Shown here: piece by piece, positions 19,916 to 30,121 of the stretch
How positions within the stretch are numbered: position 1 is the first letter of the stretch
How the letters are laid out: every line of letters begins with the position of its first letter
Origin: Endomicrobiaceae bacterium
Lineage (GTDB): Bacteria; Elusimicrobiota; Endomicrobiia; Endomicrobiales; Endomicrobiaceae
Length of the DNA: 62,011 nt
Direction: 5' to 3'
Assembly: GCA_045586665.1 (NCBI GenBank)
Contig: JAZNAT010000160.1
Span: 1 to 62,011 of the forward strand
Program-made: the position numbers and the translations under genes
Notes under the pieces: generated by a model
What the model was told of the DNA's origin: nothing
Seen by the model: the letters and a program-made list of their open reading frames with translations, nothing else
Databases searched by the model: none

Positions 19916-22651
19916 ATGGCGAAATTTGTTTATTCGTTCGGCGGCGGAAAAGCAGACGGTAACGGCAGTATGAGAAATCTTCTCGGCGGTAAAGGCGCAA
20001 ACCTTGCCGAAATGGCAGGACACAAAAACCTTAAACTTCCGGTCCCTCCGGGATTTACTATTACTACGGAAGTTTGTACGTATTATTACGATCACAAAAA
20101 AACTTATCCTAAAGAACTTGAAAAACAGGTTGATTCGGCACTTAAAAACGTCGAAAAAATTATGGGTAAAAAGTTCGGCGATACTAAAGATCCTCTTTTG
20201 GTTTCGGTTCGTTCCGGAGCGAGATCTTCGATGCCGGGTATGATGGAAACGGTTTTAAACGTCGGTCTTACCACAAAAACTCTTCCCGGACTTATTGCAA
20301 AAACACAAAACGAAAGATTCGCTTATGATGCATATAGAAGACTTATAATGATGTATTCCGACGTCGTTATGGAAAAAGCCGCAGGTATAGAACCGGCCGA
20401 CGATATGGGAATAAGAAAGCAGCTCGAAAGAGTTATGGATAAAGCCAAAAAAGCAAAAGGCGTAACTCAAGATACCGAACTTGACGCGGACGATTTGAAA
20501 AAACTTTGTGAAGAGTTCAAAGTCGTAGTCAAAAAAGTTTTGGGAAAAGAGTTCCCGGACGATCCGATGAAACAGTTATGGGGCGGAATTTCTGCCGTGT
20601 TTGCTTCATGGAACGGCAAAAGAGCCATAGCTTACAGAAAAATCGAAGGTATTCCCGACGATTGGGGAACGGCAGTAAACGTTCAGACGATGGTATTCGG
20701 AAATATGGGCAACAATTCTGCAACCGGCGTTGCTTTTACGAGAAACCCCGGAAACGGAGATTCCAGATTTTACGGAGAATATCTCGTTAACGCACAAGGT
20801 GAAGACGTCGTTGCAGGTATCAGAACGCCGGCTCCCATAAACGAAGCTTCCAAAGGCATGCAGAACAAAGGCGAAAAAACGCTTGAAACGGTTATGCCTA
20901 AAATTTATAAAGAGTTGTTTGCAATTCAAAAGAAACTTGAAAAACATTACAGAGATATGCAGGATATAGAGTTTACAATACAGGACGGCGTATTGTGGAT
21001 GTTACAGTGCAGAGTAGGTAAAAGAAACGGTCCGGCTGCCGTTAAAATGGCAATGGACATGATAAAAGAAAAACTCATTACGAAAGAAATGGCCGTTTTG
21101 AGAGTTTCTCCTGCACAACTTGACGAATTGCTCCATCCTATTATAGATCCTAAAGCCGAAAAAGGTGCAAAAGTTTTGGCTAAAGGTCTTCCTGCAGGTC
21201 CCGGAGGAGCCAACGGTCAGATAGTATTTTCGGCCGAAGATGCCGTAGAATGGAACAAAAAAGGTAAAAAAGTCATTCTCGTAAGAGAAGAAACCAACCC
21301 CGAAGACGTTGAAGGTATGAGAGCCGCTCAAGCCGTACTTACCGCAAGAGGCGGTATGACTTCGCACGCCGCTCTTGTTGCAAGAGGATGGGGAAAATGT
21401 TGTATAGTAGGATGTGCCGACGTATCGGTGGATTTGGCAAAGAAAACGATGACAATCGGCGACAAAAAATTTAAGGAAGGCGACTATATAACTCTTAACG
21501 GAACGAAAGGTTTCGTATATGACGGAGCATTGGCAATGGTCGATGCTACAAGCAACACGTTGTTGTTCGATTTCTTGAAAGTTTGCGATTCCATAAAAAA
21601 ACTGCAAATCAGAACCAACGCCGATAACCCGCAAGACGCCAAAAAAGCAAGACTTTTCGGTGCCGAAGGTATAGGCCTTTTCAGAACCGAACACATGTTC
21701 TACGGAGAAAATTCCGAAAAACCGTTATTCGCGTTAAGAAAGATGATAGCTTCCGCTACCACGGAAGAAAGAAAAAAAGCGTTGGATGAAATGTTCCCTT
21801 ATATGAAAGACAGCATTAAAGGAACCATGGAAGCCATGGACGGATATGCGGTAACAATCAGATTGCTCGATCCTCCGTTACACGAGTTTATCCCCAGAGA
21901 AAAAGCTCAGCAGGAAATAATTGCAAAGAGTTTGAAAATTTCTTTGGACGAGTTCAAATCAAGAGCAGAGGCTCTTCACGAATCCAATCCTATGATGGGA
22001 CACAGAGGAGTAAGACTCGGCGTTACGTATCCTGAAATAACCGAATATCAGGTAAGAGCGATATTTGAAGTTGCCGTAGAACTTTTAAAGAAAGGCAAAA
22101 AAGTTCATCCGGAAATTATGGTTCCGGTAGTATGCAGTGCAAACGAATTGAAACTTCAAAAAGCCATAGTTGAAAAAGTTCACGAAGAAGTTTTGAAAAA
22201 AGCAAAAATTAAAAAGTTGGATTACTCTTTCGGTTCGATGATAGAAATCCCCAGAGCCGCATTGACTGCCGATAAACTTGCCGAAACGGCCGAATTTTTC
22301 TCGTTCGGAACGAACGATTTGACTCAGATGAGTTTCGGTTTCTCAAGAGACGACGTAGGCGCATTTTTGGGTGACTATCAGGAAAAGAAAGTTCTTCCTG
22401 CGGATCCGTTCCAGACGATAGACGTCGAAGGTGTAGGACAACTTGTCAAACTCGGACTTGAAAAAGGGAGAAAAGTAAGAAAGAATATGAAAATCGGTAT
22501 CTGCGGCGAACACGGCGGAGATCCGAAATCGGTTGAGTTCTGCAACTGTATCGGTATGACATACGTTTCATGTTCACCTTTCAGAGTACCTATTGCAAGA
22601 CTTGCAGCGGCACAAGCGGTTGCAAAAGAAAAAGCGGCAAAGAAAAAATAA
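19916..22651 (+). CDS. ppdK: pyruvate, phosphate dikinase
   Basis: 'GGKGANLAEM', phospho-His region 'GGMTSHAALVARG', 'GLFRTEHMF', 'FFSFGTNDLTQ', 'GICGEHGGDP'. Confidence 0.95.
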   Translation: MAKFVYSFGGGKADGNGSMRNLLGGKGANLAEMAGHKNLKLPVPPGFTITTEVCTYYYDHKKTYPKELEKQVDSALKNVEKIMGKKFGDTKDPLLVSVRSGARSSMPGMMETVLNVGLTTKTLPGLIAKTQNERFAYDAYRRLIMMYSDVVMEKAAGIEPADDMGIRKQLERVMDKAKKAKGVTQDTELDADDLKKLCEEFKVVVKKVLGKEFPDDPMKQLWGGISAVFASWNGKRAIAYRKIEGIPDDWGTAVNVQTMVFGNMGNNSATGVAFTRNPGNGDSRFYGEYLVNAQGEDVVAGIRTPAPINEASKGMQNKGEKTLETVMPKIYKELFAIQKKLEKHYRDMQDIEFTIQDGVLWMLQCRVGKRNGPAAVKMAMDMIKEKLITKEMAVLRVSPAQLDELLHPIIDPKAEKGAKVLAKGLPAGPGGANGQIVFSAEDAVEWNKKGKKVILVREETNPEDVEGMRAAQAVLTARGGMTSHAALVARGWGKCCIVGCADVSVDLAKKTMTIGDKKFKEGDYITLNGTKGFVYDGALAMVDATSNTLLFDFLKVCDSIKKLQIRTNADNPQDAKKARLFGAEGIGLFRTEHMFYGENSEKPLFALRKMIASATTEERKKALDEMFPYMKDSIKGTMEAMDGYAVTIRLLDPPLHEFIPREKAQQEIIAKSLKISLDEFKSRAEALHESNPMMGHRGVRLGVTYPEITEYQVRAIFEVAVELLKKGKKVHPEIMVPVVCSANELKLQKAIVEKVHEEVLKKAKIKKLDYSFGSMIEIPRAALTADKLAETAEFFSFGTNDLTQMSFGFSRDDVGAFLGDYQEKKVLPADPFQTIDVEGVGQLVKLGLEKGRKVRKNMKIGICGEHGGDPKSVEFCNCIGMTYVSCSPFRVPIARLAAAQAVAKEKAAKKK

Positions 22652-22671
22652 GCAGTTTATTTTAAAATAAA

Positions 22672-22701
22672 AATCGGGTTGGTTTTAAAGCCAACCCGAT
22701 T
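22672..22701 (+). terminator. hairpin terminator after ppdK
   Basis: 11-bp stem AATCGGGTTGG / CCAACCCGATT with an 8-nt loop and a short T run. It lies inside the N-terminal extension of track ORF 22679, which argues for the later start. Confidence 0.6.
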
Positions 22702-22717
22702 TATCCGGAAGAAGAAT

Positions 22718-23899
22718 ATGAAAAAGATTATAATTTTTTTATTGATTATTTTTAGCGCACCTTTGATCTACTCGTCGGACAACAATCAAACAAACAACGG
22801 TAACGGTTTTATTTCAATAGATACGGACGAAACCAAATTGTCTCCTAACGGTGACGGTTTTTTTGAAAGCATAAATTTTAGAATTTCTCTTTTACAGGAA
22901 AAATTGAAAATAAAAAATTGGAAACTTACCATTATAAACAGCCAGACAAACGAAGTTTTTGACAGATTTTCCGGTCAAAAAGAAATTCCAAACGTTATTA
23001 ACTGGAAAGGCGAGGACCGTGCCGGAAACGTGTCCGAAGGTAAATATAAATACGTTTTGAATGCCGTTATAAACAAAAAGGATATAAAAATAGAAAAAAA
23101 CGGAATTACTGTCGACATAACGCCGCCTTATCTGTCTTTGTCCGCTTCGGAAGATACGGTTTTGATAGATAAAGAAAAAAATAAATTTTCCAAGACCATA
23201 GCTTTTGTTTTAAACGTCGGGGATGAAAACGATATAGACAAATCGAAAACGAAACTGCAGATAGTAAATTACGGCGGTAACGTCGTTAAAGAGTGGTCTT
23301 TTGATAAAGATGAAGATATTCCTCAAACTGTTTACTGGGACGGTAAAGATGACGTCTACGGGCTTGTAATCCCTGCAGGAGAATATAAAGGTATTTTAAC
23401 AGCTTACGATACTTTCAGTAACGGTTCAAGCATGTCTGTAAGTTTTACTGCGCTTGAACAGGTTGAAGGAAACCTTTCGGAAATCGTCGTTAAAGAAGAA
23501 CCTAGAGGATTGGTGGTAAATTTGTCGAGCAACATTTTGTTTGCTTCCGGTAAAGCCGTTTTGAAAAAAGAAGCTACGGCTTCTCTTGATGAGACGGTCA
23601 AACTGTTAAACGCTTATCCGGCAAATAAAGTTTTGATAGAAGGTTATACGGATGCTACGGGCAGTAAGAAAAAAAATCTTCAACTTTCTTATGACAGAGC
23701 GCAAGCGGTATATTCTTATTTCGTTAAAAAAGGCATACAGCCGGAAAGATTAAATACCGTCGGTTACGGTTCGGAAAATCCCATAGATACGAACAAGACC
23801 GCCGCAGGAAGAGCTAAAAACAGAAGAGTAAATATTATAATTTTAAAAAGTGCACAAGAAACGCAGAGTACTGTTGCCGACGACGACATACAGGAATAA
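22718..23899 (+). CDS. OmpA-family protein with two FlgD-Ig-like repeats
   Basis: Signal peptide 'MKKIIIFLLIIFSAPLIYS'. Two 'SPNGDG...W.G.D..G..V..G.Y' type beta-sandwich repeats. C-terminal OmpA domain 'ILFASGKAVL...IEGYTD..G....N..LS..RA..V...NRRV'. Confidence 0.85.
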   Translation: MKKIIIFLLIIFSAPLIYSSDNNQTNNGNGFISIDTDETKLSPNGDGFFESINFRISLLQEKLKIKNWKLTIINSQTNEVFDRFSGQKEIPNVINWKGEDRAGNVSEGKYKYVLNAVINKKDIKIEKNGITVDITPPYLSLSASEDTVLIDKEKNKFSKTIAFVLNVGDENDIDKSKTKLQIVNYGGNVVKEWSFDKDEDIPQTVYWDGKDDVYGLVIPAGEYKGILTAYDTFSNGSSMSVSFTALEQVEGNLSEIVVKEEPRGLVVNLSSNILFASGKAVLKKEATASLDETVKLLNAYPANKVLIEGYTDATGSKKKNLQLSYDRAQAVYSYFVKKGIQPERLNTVGYGSENPIDTNKTAAGRAKNRRVNIIILKSAQETQSTVADDDIQE

Positions 23900-23936
23900 A
23901 TATTGAATTTTTATAAAAATAAAAGAGGCTGAAAAA

Positions 23937-25031
23937 ATGATTCCTTTAGCAAAACCGATACTCGGGAAAAGAGAAAAACAGTTGATAAACGAAGTTATTG
24001 ATTCCGGTATAATAGCAAGCGGAAAATATGTTGAAAAGTTCGAACAAATGTTTGCAAAAGTTTCAAACGCAAAACATGCAATAGTTTGTTCCAACGGAAC
24101 GACGGCGTTGAATACTGCGCTTCTTTCCTGCGGTATAAAGCCCGGCGATAAAGTCATAACGACGCCTTTTACGTTTATTGCTACGGCAAATTCCGTTCTT
24201 TATTGCGGAGCGAAACCTCTCTTTGCCGATATTGACGAAAAAACTTTTAATATTGACCCGGAATCGGTAGAAAAAATATTGAAAAAAGAAAAAAACGTCA
24301 AAGCCGTAATATGTGTTCATTTGTACGGATTGCCGTGTGATATGTCAAAACTTTTAAAATTAAAGAAAAAGTATAAATTCTTTTTGATTGAAGACGCTTG
24401 TCAGGCACATTTGGCAAAATATAAAAATAAAACTGTCGGTTCTATCGGCGATGCCGGGGCTTTTTCGTTTTATGCTACAAAAAATATGACTACCGGTGAA
24501 GGCGGTGCCGTTTTAACGAACAATTCAAAAATAGAAAAACTTTCAAGAAAAATTATAAATCATGGAAGAACATCTCATTACGGACACGACATGTTGGGTT
24601 ACAATTTCAGATTGACAAACGTTTGTGCGGCCGTCGGTATTGCCCAATGCGAACAAATTGAAAAATGGACAGAGCAAAGAATATCAAATGCAAAAAAATT
24701 ATCCGACGGGTTAAAAGATGTCGAATTTATTGAAACGCCTTTTATTTGCGACGGATACAAACATGTGTTTCATCAATATACGGTCAGAGTTAAAAACGGT
24801 TTGAGAGATAAGTTTATGCAGTATCTGAAAGATAACGGTATAGGCTGCGGGATACATTATCCCGAAGTTATTTACAAGCAGCCTTTATATAAAAAATTAG
24901 GTTACAAAAGCGGGATATGTACGGTAGCTGAAAAAGCCGTAAAAGAGGTTTTGTCGCTGCCCGTTCATCCGTCGCTTACGAATAAAGATATAGATACAAT
25001 TATAAAAGTAATAAAAGGTTTTAAAAAATGA
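23937..25031 (+). CDS. DegT/DnrJ/EryC1/StrS-family sugar aminotransferase
   Basis: 'IPLAKPILGKRE', 'CSNGTTAL', 'EDACQAH', PLP-Lys context 'FSFYATKNMTTGEGG'. Confidence 0.85.
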   Translation: MIPLAKPILGKREKQLINEVIDSGIIASGKYVEKFEQMFAKVSNAKHAIVCSNGTTALNTALLSCGIKPGDKVITTPFTFIATANSVLYCGAKPLFADIDEKTFNIDPESVEKILKKEKNVKAVICVHLYGLPCDMSKLLKLKKKYKFFLIEDACQAHLAKYKNKTVGSIGDAGAFSFYATKNMTTGEGGAVLTNNSKIEKLSRKIINHGRTSHYGHDMLGYNFRLTNVCAAVGIAQCEQIEKWTEQRISNAKKLSDGLKDVEFIETPFICDGYKHVFHQYTVRVKNGLRDKFMQYLKDNGIGCGIHYPEVIYKQPLYKKLGYKSGICTVAEKAVKEVLSLPVHPSLTNKDIDTIIKVIKGFKK

Positions 25032-25966
25032 ACAGAATAAAAATTGCGGTAATCGGTGTAGGTTCTTTAGGTCAGCATCATGCAAGAATTTTGTCTCAAC
25101 ATGAAAATGCCGAACTTATCGGTGTGGTTGATGCGGATGTCAAAAGAGGAGAAACAATAGCAAAAAAATGTAAAACCGTAAATTTCTGCGACGTAAAAGA
25201 TATTGTAGGCAAAGTTCAAGCGGCGGTCGTTTCCGTTCCGACGCCTTATCATTATGACATAGCAAAATTTTTGTTGGAGTCCGGTATAAACTGTTTGGTG
25301 GAAAAACCGTTTACATCCACCGTGGAGCAGGCACAGGAACTTATAAGAATAGCAAGGAGCAAAGATTTGGTTTTGCAGGTAGGCCACGTAGAAAGGTTTA
25401 ATCCTGCCGTTATCGGAGCTTATCCTTACATAAAAGAACCGAAATTTATTGAAGTTAACAGATTGGGCCCTTATGACCCGAGAACAAGCCACATAGGAGT
25501 TGTTCTTGATTTGATGATACACGATTTGGACATTCTGCTTACGCTTGTAAAAAGTAAAGTTATAAGTTTTGAAGCGCACGGCGCAAAACTTCTTTCCAAC
25601 AACGAAGATATTGCAAAAGTAAGAATAAAGTTTGCAAACGGTTGCGTCGCGGATGTTTCGGCAAGCAGAGTTTCAATGGATAAATACAGGAAAATAAGAA
25701 TATTTCAAAAAGAAAGTTACGTTTCGATAGATTATGCCGGAAAAAATTTGAAAATATATCAAAAAAAAACAGACGTCGACATCGTAAAAAGTTTGCTTGA
25801 TATTGCTATAATAAAGCCTAAACTTCCGACGGGAGAACCTCTTTTTTACGAGTTGAGCCACTTTTTAAATTGTGTTATTGAAGGCAAACAACCTATCGTT
25901 TCAGGTGAACAGGGACGGGATGCTTTGGAGTTGGCACACGACATTCTGCACTATATGCAGTATTGA
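25028..25966 (+). CDS. Gfo/Idh/MocA-family NAD-dependent sugar oxidoreductase
   Basis: Rossmann 'IAVIGVGSLGQHH', 'CLVEKPF'. ATGA overlap with the preceding aminotransferase gene. Confidence 0.8.
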   Translation: MNRIKIAVIGVGSLGQHHARILSQHENAELIGVVDADVKRGETIAKKCKTVNFCDVKDIVGKVQAAVVSVPTPYHYDIAKFLLESGINCLVEKPFTSTVEQAQELIRIARSKDLVLQVGHVERFNPAVIGAYPYIKEPKFIEVNRLGPYDPRTSHIGVVLDLMIHDLDILLTLVKSKVISFEAHGAKLLSNNEDIAKVRIKFANGCVADVSASRVSMDKYRKIRIFQKESYVSIDYAGKNLKIYQKKTDVDIVKSLLDIAIIKPKLPTGEPLFYELSHFLNCVIEGKQPIVSGEQGRDALELAHDILHYMQY

Positions 25967-25997
25967 TGCGTTTAACCCGTATTTGATAAAGCGTAAA

Positions 25998-26037
25998 GCG
26001 GCGGTTTAAATTTAAAAATTTTTAAACCGCCGTTTTT
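25998..26037 (+). terminator. rho-independent terminator
   Basis: 12-13-bp stem GCGGCGGTTTAAA / TTTAAACCGCCG followed by TTTTT. Confidence 0.8.
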
Positions 26038-26075
26038 GACACTATACGGCTTTTTTTTATAAAATTTTAAGATAA

Positions 26076-26735
26076 ATGAAAAATAAAAAGTCTTTTTTTA
26101 TTACCGTTGAAGGATGCGAAGGTAGCGGAAAAACTACACAGTCGCAGCTTTTAAAAAAGTATTTGCAGTCGAAAGGCTTTGACGTTGTTTTGACGAGAGA
26201 ACCGGGTGGAAGTATCGTTGCCGAACAGGTAAGAAATATTCTTCTTAATCCGGATTTTAAAGTTGCGCCTTTTTGTGAGCTTATGCTTTACGAAGCTTCT
26301 CGTGCACAGCATTTGTCCGAAATTATAAAACCTAATTTGGAAAAAGGCGTTACGGTTATATGCGACAGGTTTGTCGATTCTACTCTTGCTTATCAGGGAT
26401 ATGCACGCGGGATAGACATAAAAGTAATAACGAAGTTAAACGATATCGCCTCTTGCGGCATAAAACCCGATTTGACGATTTATCTTGACATTCCGGCCGG
26501 TGAAGGAATAAAAAAAGCGAAGTCTGTCGATAAAGGCGGTCTTACCGGCGGGGATAGAATAGAAAGAGAAAATATAAAGTTTCATAATAAAGTCAGAAAA
26601 GGTTTTTTGCAGCTTGCAAAACTTTATCCTGAAAGAATAAAAAAAATAAAAACGGATAAAGTAATAGAAAAAACTCAAAAGAAAATCAATAAAATAATAG
26701 ACGATTTTTTTAAGAAGAAAAAAATATATGTTTGA
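26076..26735 (+). CDS. tmk: thymidylate kinase
   Basis: P-loop 'EGCEGSGKTTQ', 'TREPGG', 'DRF.DST.AYQG'. Confidence 0.9.
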   Translation: MKNKKSFFITVEGCEGSGKTTQSQLLKKYLQSKGFDVVLTREPGGSIVAEQVRNILLNPDFKVAPFCELMLYEASRAQHLSEIIKPNLEKGVTVICDRFVDSTLAYQGYARGIDIKVITKLNDIASCGIKPDLTIYLDIPAGEGIKKAKSVDKGGLTGGDRIERENIKFHNKVRKGFLQLAKLYPERIKKIKTDKVIEKTQKKINKIIDDFFKKKKIYV

Positions 26736-27681
26736 AAAAATAATAGCACAGGAAAAAGCAAAAAAAATTCTTTCCGAACAAATAAAAAATAACAAAATTC
26801 CGCACGCATACATTTTTATGGGGGAAGAAGGTACTGGCAAAATGTTTGCGGCGATAGAGTTTGCCAAAATTCTTAACTGCACGATAAACGATTATGCAAA
26901 AACCGATGCAGGTGCATGCAACCATTGTCCGTCATGCGAACGTATAAATAAAGGAACTTTTACCGACCTGCACCTAATAAACTTTGATAAACAGGATGAA
27001 ATTGCCGATAAAGAAAGTGAAAAAGGCAAAACGAAGCTCGGAATAAAATTAATAAGATATATGCAGGACAAAGTTTATATTAAAGCGACCGAAGGAAAAT
27101 GGAAAATTTTTATTATAGAACCTGCAGAAAAAATGACAACGGAAGCTTTTAACTGTTTGTTGAAAACGTTGGAAGAACCTCCTGAAAATACGATAATAAT
27201 ATTGATAGCAAAACATAAAGAGACGATTCCGGTAACGATTCTTTCTCGTGTACAAACGGTTTTTTTCAGACCGTTACCGCAGAAAGACGTAGCCGAATAT
27301 TTGTGTGAAAACGATTCTTTGTCGCAGGAAAATGCCGAAAAAATCGCTTCAATGGCGGACGGTTCTATAGAAAAAGCGCAACGGATTTTGCTTAATACTC
27401 AAAACGAATTTTCTTTTTTATGGAAAGAGTTGACGAGTAAAAAACTTGCCGTTTGCGACATACTTTTAAAAAGCAAATCCGCTTCAAAAGATAGGGAAAG
27501 TGCACTTGAAGCCGTATCGGTAATTACCGAAGATGCGGTGAAAAGTTTCAGAAAAAATCCGGATTTGTATGCCGATGTCGTTGAAGCATTATCGCGCGGT
27601 AAAAAGTATCTTGAACAAAACGCCAATCCTGCAAACGTTATGGATAATTTGTTTATGTATATAAATTCTAAAATAAAATAA
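26728..27681 (+). CDS. holB: DNA polymerase III delta' subunit
   Basis: 'PHAYIFMGEEGTGK', Zn-module 'CNHCPSCERI', 'NCLLKTLEEPP', 'TILSRVQ'. Overlaps the tmk end. Confidence 0.85.
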   Translation: MFEKIIAQEKAKKILSEQIKNNKIPHAYIFMGEEGTGKMFAAIEFAKILNCTINDYAKTDAGACNHCPSCERINKGTFTDLHLINFDKQDEIADKESEKGKTKLGIKLIRYMQDKVYIKATEGKWKIFIIEPAEKMTTEAFNCLLKTLEEPPENTIIILIAKHKETIPVTILSRVQTVFFRPLPQKDVAEYLCENDSLSQENAEKIASMADGSIEKAQRILLNTQNEFSFLWKELTSKKLAVCDILLKSKSASKDRESALEAVSVITEDAVKSFRKNPDLYADVVEALSRGKKYLEQNANPANVMDNLFMYINSKIK

Positions 27682-27694
27682 CGGAGATATATTT

Positions 27695-28489
27695 ATGCCA
27701 ATGGTAGTAGGAGTTATAGTAAGAAGAATTAAAGAAAAAGTGTATGCACAAACCGGACAATACACAATAAATTTAAACGATAAAGTTATACTTGAAACCG
27801 AGCACGGAACCGAGTTCGGTATAGTGTGTGAAAAAGAAAAAAATATGGAACCGTCAAAAGACGTGCGGTTCGGTAAAATAGTAAGAAAGGCTACAGAGAA
27901 CGATTTGAAAAGACTTGTAAATAACGAGAACAAAAATGCAATTGCAAGAGTTTCCGTATCAAAAAAAATTCAGGAACATAAACTGGACATGAAACTTACC
28001 TGCGTTCAGTACACTTTTGACAGGACTAAACTTTTTATTTATTATACGTCGGAAACAAGAGTGGATTTCAGAGAACTTATCAAAGATTTGGCACACTCTT
28101 TAAAAACAAGAATACAGATGGTACAAATCGGCGTAAGAGACGAATCCAAAATCGTCGGAGGAATAGGTACTTGCGGTAAACAGTTGTGCTGTCAAACATT
28201 TTTAAAAGATTTCAACTCCGTAACGATAGATATGGCAAAAGATCAGGACTTGTCTTTAAACACATCGAAATTATCCGGGCTTTGCGGCAGACTTATGTGT
28301 TGTTTGGCTTACGAGTACGACAACTATGCCAAAGTCAAATCGTGCTGTCCTAAGATAGGAACGCTTGTTTCGACGCCTAACGGAAAAGGAAAGCTCCTGT
28401 CAATTGATTGTATAAGAGAAACATGCAACGTTGAAATTTCGGAAAACAACGTTAAAACGTTTAAAATAAAACAGGTTAAAAAAGCTTAA
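27695..28489 (+). CDS. PSP1-domain protein (YaaT/RicT-like)
   Basis: PSP1 core 'LTCVQYTFDRTKLFIYYTSETRVDFRELIKDL', C-terminal Cys-rich 'CGKQLCC...CGRLMCCL'. The tmk-holB-yaaT order is conserved. Confidence 0.85.
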   Translation: MPMVVGVIVRRIKEKVYAQTGQYTINLNDKVILETEHGTEFGIVCEKEKNMEPSKDVRFGKIVRKATENDLKRLVNNENKNAIARVSVSKKIQEHKLDMKLTCVQYTFDRTKLFIYYTSETRVDFRELIKDLAHSLKTRIQMVQIGVRDESKIVGGIGTCGKQLCCQTFLKDFNSVTIDMAKDQDLSLNTSKLSGLCGRLMCCLAYEYDNYAKVKSCCPKIGTLVSTPNGKGKLLSIDCIRETCNVEISENNVKTFKIKQVKKA

Positions 28490-28572
28490 AATATTTGAAT
28501 ATTGCAGACCAATTTGATAAAATAATCAATTAAGATTTAATTATTGTTTGCAGGTTTTATTAAGGAGATTTT

Positions 28573-29184
28573 ATGTCAATAGTAAAAGAAGGTTATCCGT
28601 TTATTTTAGGTTCTTTTGTCGTCGGACTTATTTTTTCTTTTATAGGATTTCATTTTTTTGCCGTAATTTGTTATCTGCTTACGGCGTTTTGTCTGTTTTT
28701 TTTCAGAGACCCTGATATAACAGTGACGCAGGGCGACAATCTTATATTGTCTCCATGTAACGGTAAAGTTTTGGAAGTGGTCGAAAATGAAAACGGACGG
28801 ACGACAATAAGAGTATTTTTATCCGTTTTTGACGTTCATTTACAAAGAAGTCCCGTTGCCGGAACTGTAAAAAACGTTGAGCATAAGCCGGGTAAGTTTT
28901 TAAAAGCACACGACCCGCAGGCTCATATAGTAAATGAACACATACTTATAACTATAGAAAACGAAAACGGAATTTATATCGTGAAACAGATTGCGGGTAT
29001 CCTTGCAAGACGATGTGTTTCCTGGGTTAAGCCGGGCGACGTTTTAAAAGCAGGGGACAAAATCGGTGTTATAAAGTTCAGTTCTCAGGTTGACTTGTTT
29101 ATGCCTGCAGGTTACGATATAAAAGTAAAAGCAGGGGATAAAGTTGTATCGGGAATTACGGTTTTTGCATCAATTTCTAAATAA
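28573..29184 (+). CDS. psd: phosphatidylserine decarboxylase family protein (short form)
   Basis: Two N-terminal TM segments, 'SPCNGKV', 'VFLSVFDVH..RSPV.G', 'G.IKFSSQVDL'. Adjacent to pssA. Confidence 0.8.
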   Translation: MSIVKEGYPFILGSFVVGLIFSFIGFHFFAVICYLLTAFCLFFFRDPDITVTQGDNLILSPCNGKVLEVVENENGRTTIRVFLSVFDVHLQRSPVAGTVKNVEHKPGKFLKAHDPQAHIVNEHILITIENENGIYIVKQIAGILARRCVSWVKPGDVLKAGDKIGVIKFSSQVDLFMPAGYDIKVKAGDKVVSGITVFASISK

Positions 29185-29198
29185 CGGAGAAATAAAAA

Positions 29199-30005
29199 AT
29201 GTCTTCCATAAAAAAAGGGTTATACGTTTTACCGAGTATGTTTACGGCGGGAAATTTGGCATCAGGGTTTATTTCGGTAGTATGTTCAATAAACGATAAT
29301 TTCAATTCTGCTGCGTGGTTTATAATGCTTGCAATCGTTTTTGATATGACCGACGGAAGAGTTGCAAGACTTACAAAAACTATAAGCAAGTTCGGTACGG
29401 AGTTTGACTCCTTGTGCGATTTGGTTTCGTTCGGCGTTGCACCTGCGATTTTGATGTATCAGCTTGTTTTAAATTCTATGGGTAACGTAGGTATAGCCAT
29501 AGCTTTGATATTCGTTATAGCAAGCGCGACGAGACTTGCAAAGTTTAACGTTAAAGCACTTGAACCGGCTGACGATACGAAACCGCATAACGATATGTTT
29601 TCCGGTTTGCCTACGCCGGCATCGGCTGGAGCGATAGCGTCTTTCGTATTGAGTTACGAAATTTTTGACGGAACGGTTTTAAATTCAAAAACTATTCCCG
29701 TATTAATGCAGAAAATGCCGTTTTTCTTTAACATAATGCCGATAGTTATGGTAGTGCTTGCGTTTTTGATGGTATCGACGGTTCCTTACGGTGCGTTTAA
29801 ACATATTAAATGGACAAGACCCAAAACCATACAGGTTTTCTTTTTGGCAGTGGTTTTTGTCGCTTTGATTTGCGCTTATCCGCAGAACATGTTTTTTATC
29901 ATATTTTTCGGATACATTTTATCCGGGTTTGTTGCGTTGATATTTAGATATTTTAGAATAGGTAAAGCTTTTTCAAAGATAAGGAAAAATAATGAAAACA
30001 AATAG
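29199..30005 (+). CDS. pssA: CDP-diacylglycerol--serine O-phosphatidyltransferase
   Basis: CDP-alcohol phosphatidyltransferase motif 'DMTDGRVARL....FGTEFDSLCD'. Polytopic membrane protein. Confidence 0.85.
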   Translation: MSSIKKGLYVLPSMFTAGNLASGFISVVCSINDNFNSAAWFIMLAIVFDMTDGRVARLTKTISKFGTEFDSLCDLVSFGVAPAILMYQLVLNSMGNVGIAIALIFVIASATRLAKFNVKALEPADDTKPHNDMFSGLPTPASAGAIASFVLSYEIFDGTVLNSKTIPVLMQKMPFFFNIMPIVMVVLAFLMVSTVPYGAFKHIKWTRPKTIQVFFLAVVFVALICAYPQNMFFIIFFGYILSGFVALIFRYFRIGKAFSKIRKNNENK

Positions 30006-30121
30006 TATCATTTTAAAAATATTGAATATCGGTATTTTAGGGCACTGGCGACTTCGCAGCTAGTTATTTATTTTATTGCCGTTTAGAAAATTAAAAAATA
30101 AATAATTAGGAGAAGATAATC

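Noticed and set aside
21002-21694. 230-aa minus-strand ORF inside ppdK. Similar long antisense ORFs include 25067-25579, 19518-20000, 10335-10766, 26436-26882, 36908-37387 and 13693-14118.
   Set aside because: All are shadow ORFs fully overlapping genes with unambiguous enzyme motifs. Their translations are low-complexity and Phe/Arg/Cys-rich.
22679-22717. N-terminal extensions suggested by the ORF track here and at 3784, 4305, 12471, 45680, 54275 and 59994.
   Set aside because: The extensions run through terminators or promoters or lack an RBS. Internal ATGs are preceded by GGAG-type sites and begin with signal peptides or conserved N-termini.
30006-30121. Leucine leader peptide or T-box upstream of leuA.
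   Set aside because: There is no Leu-codon-rich small ORF, no terminator hairpin and no T-box consensus in the 116-nt spacer.
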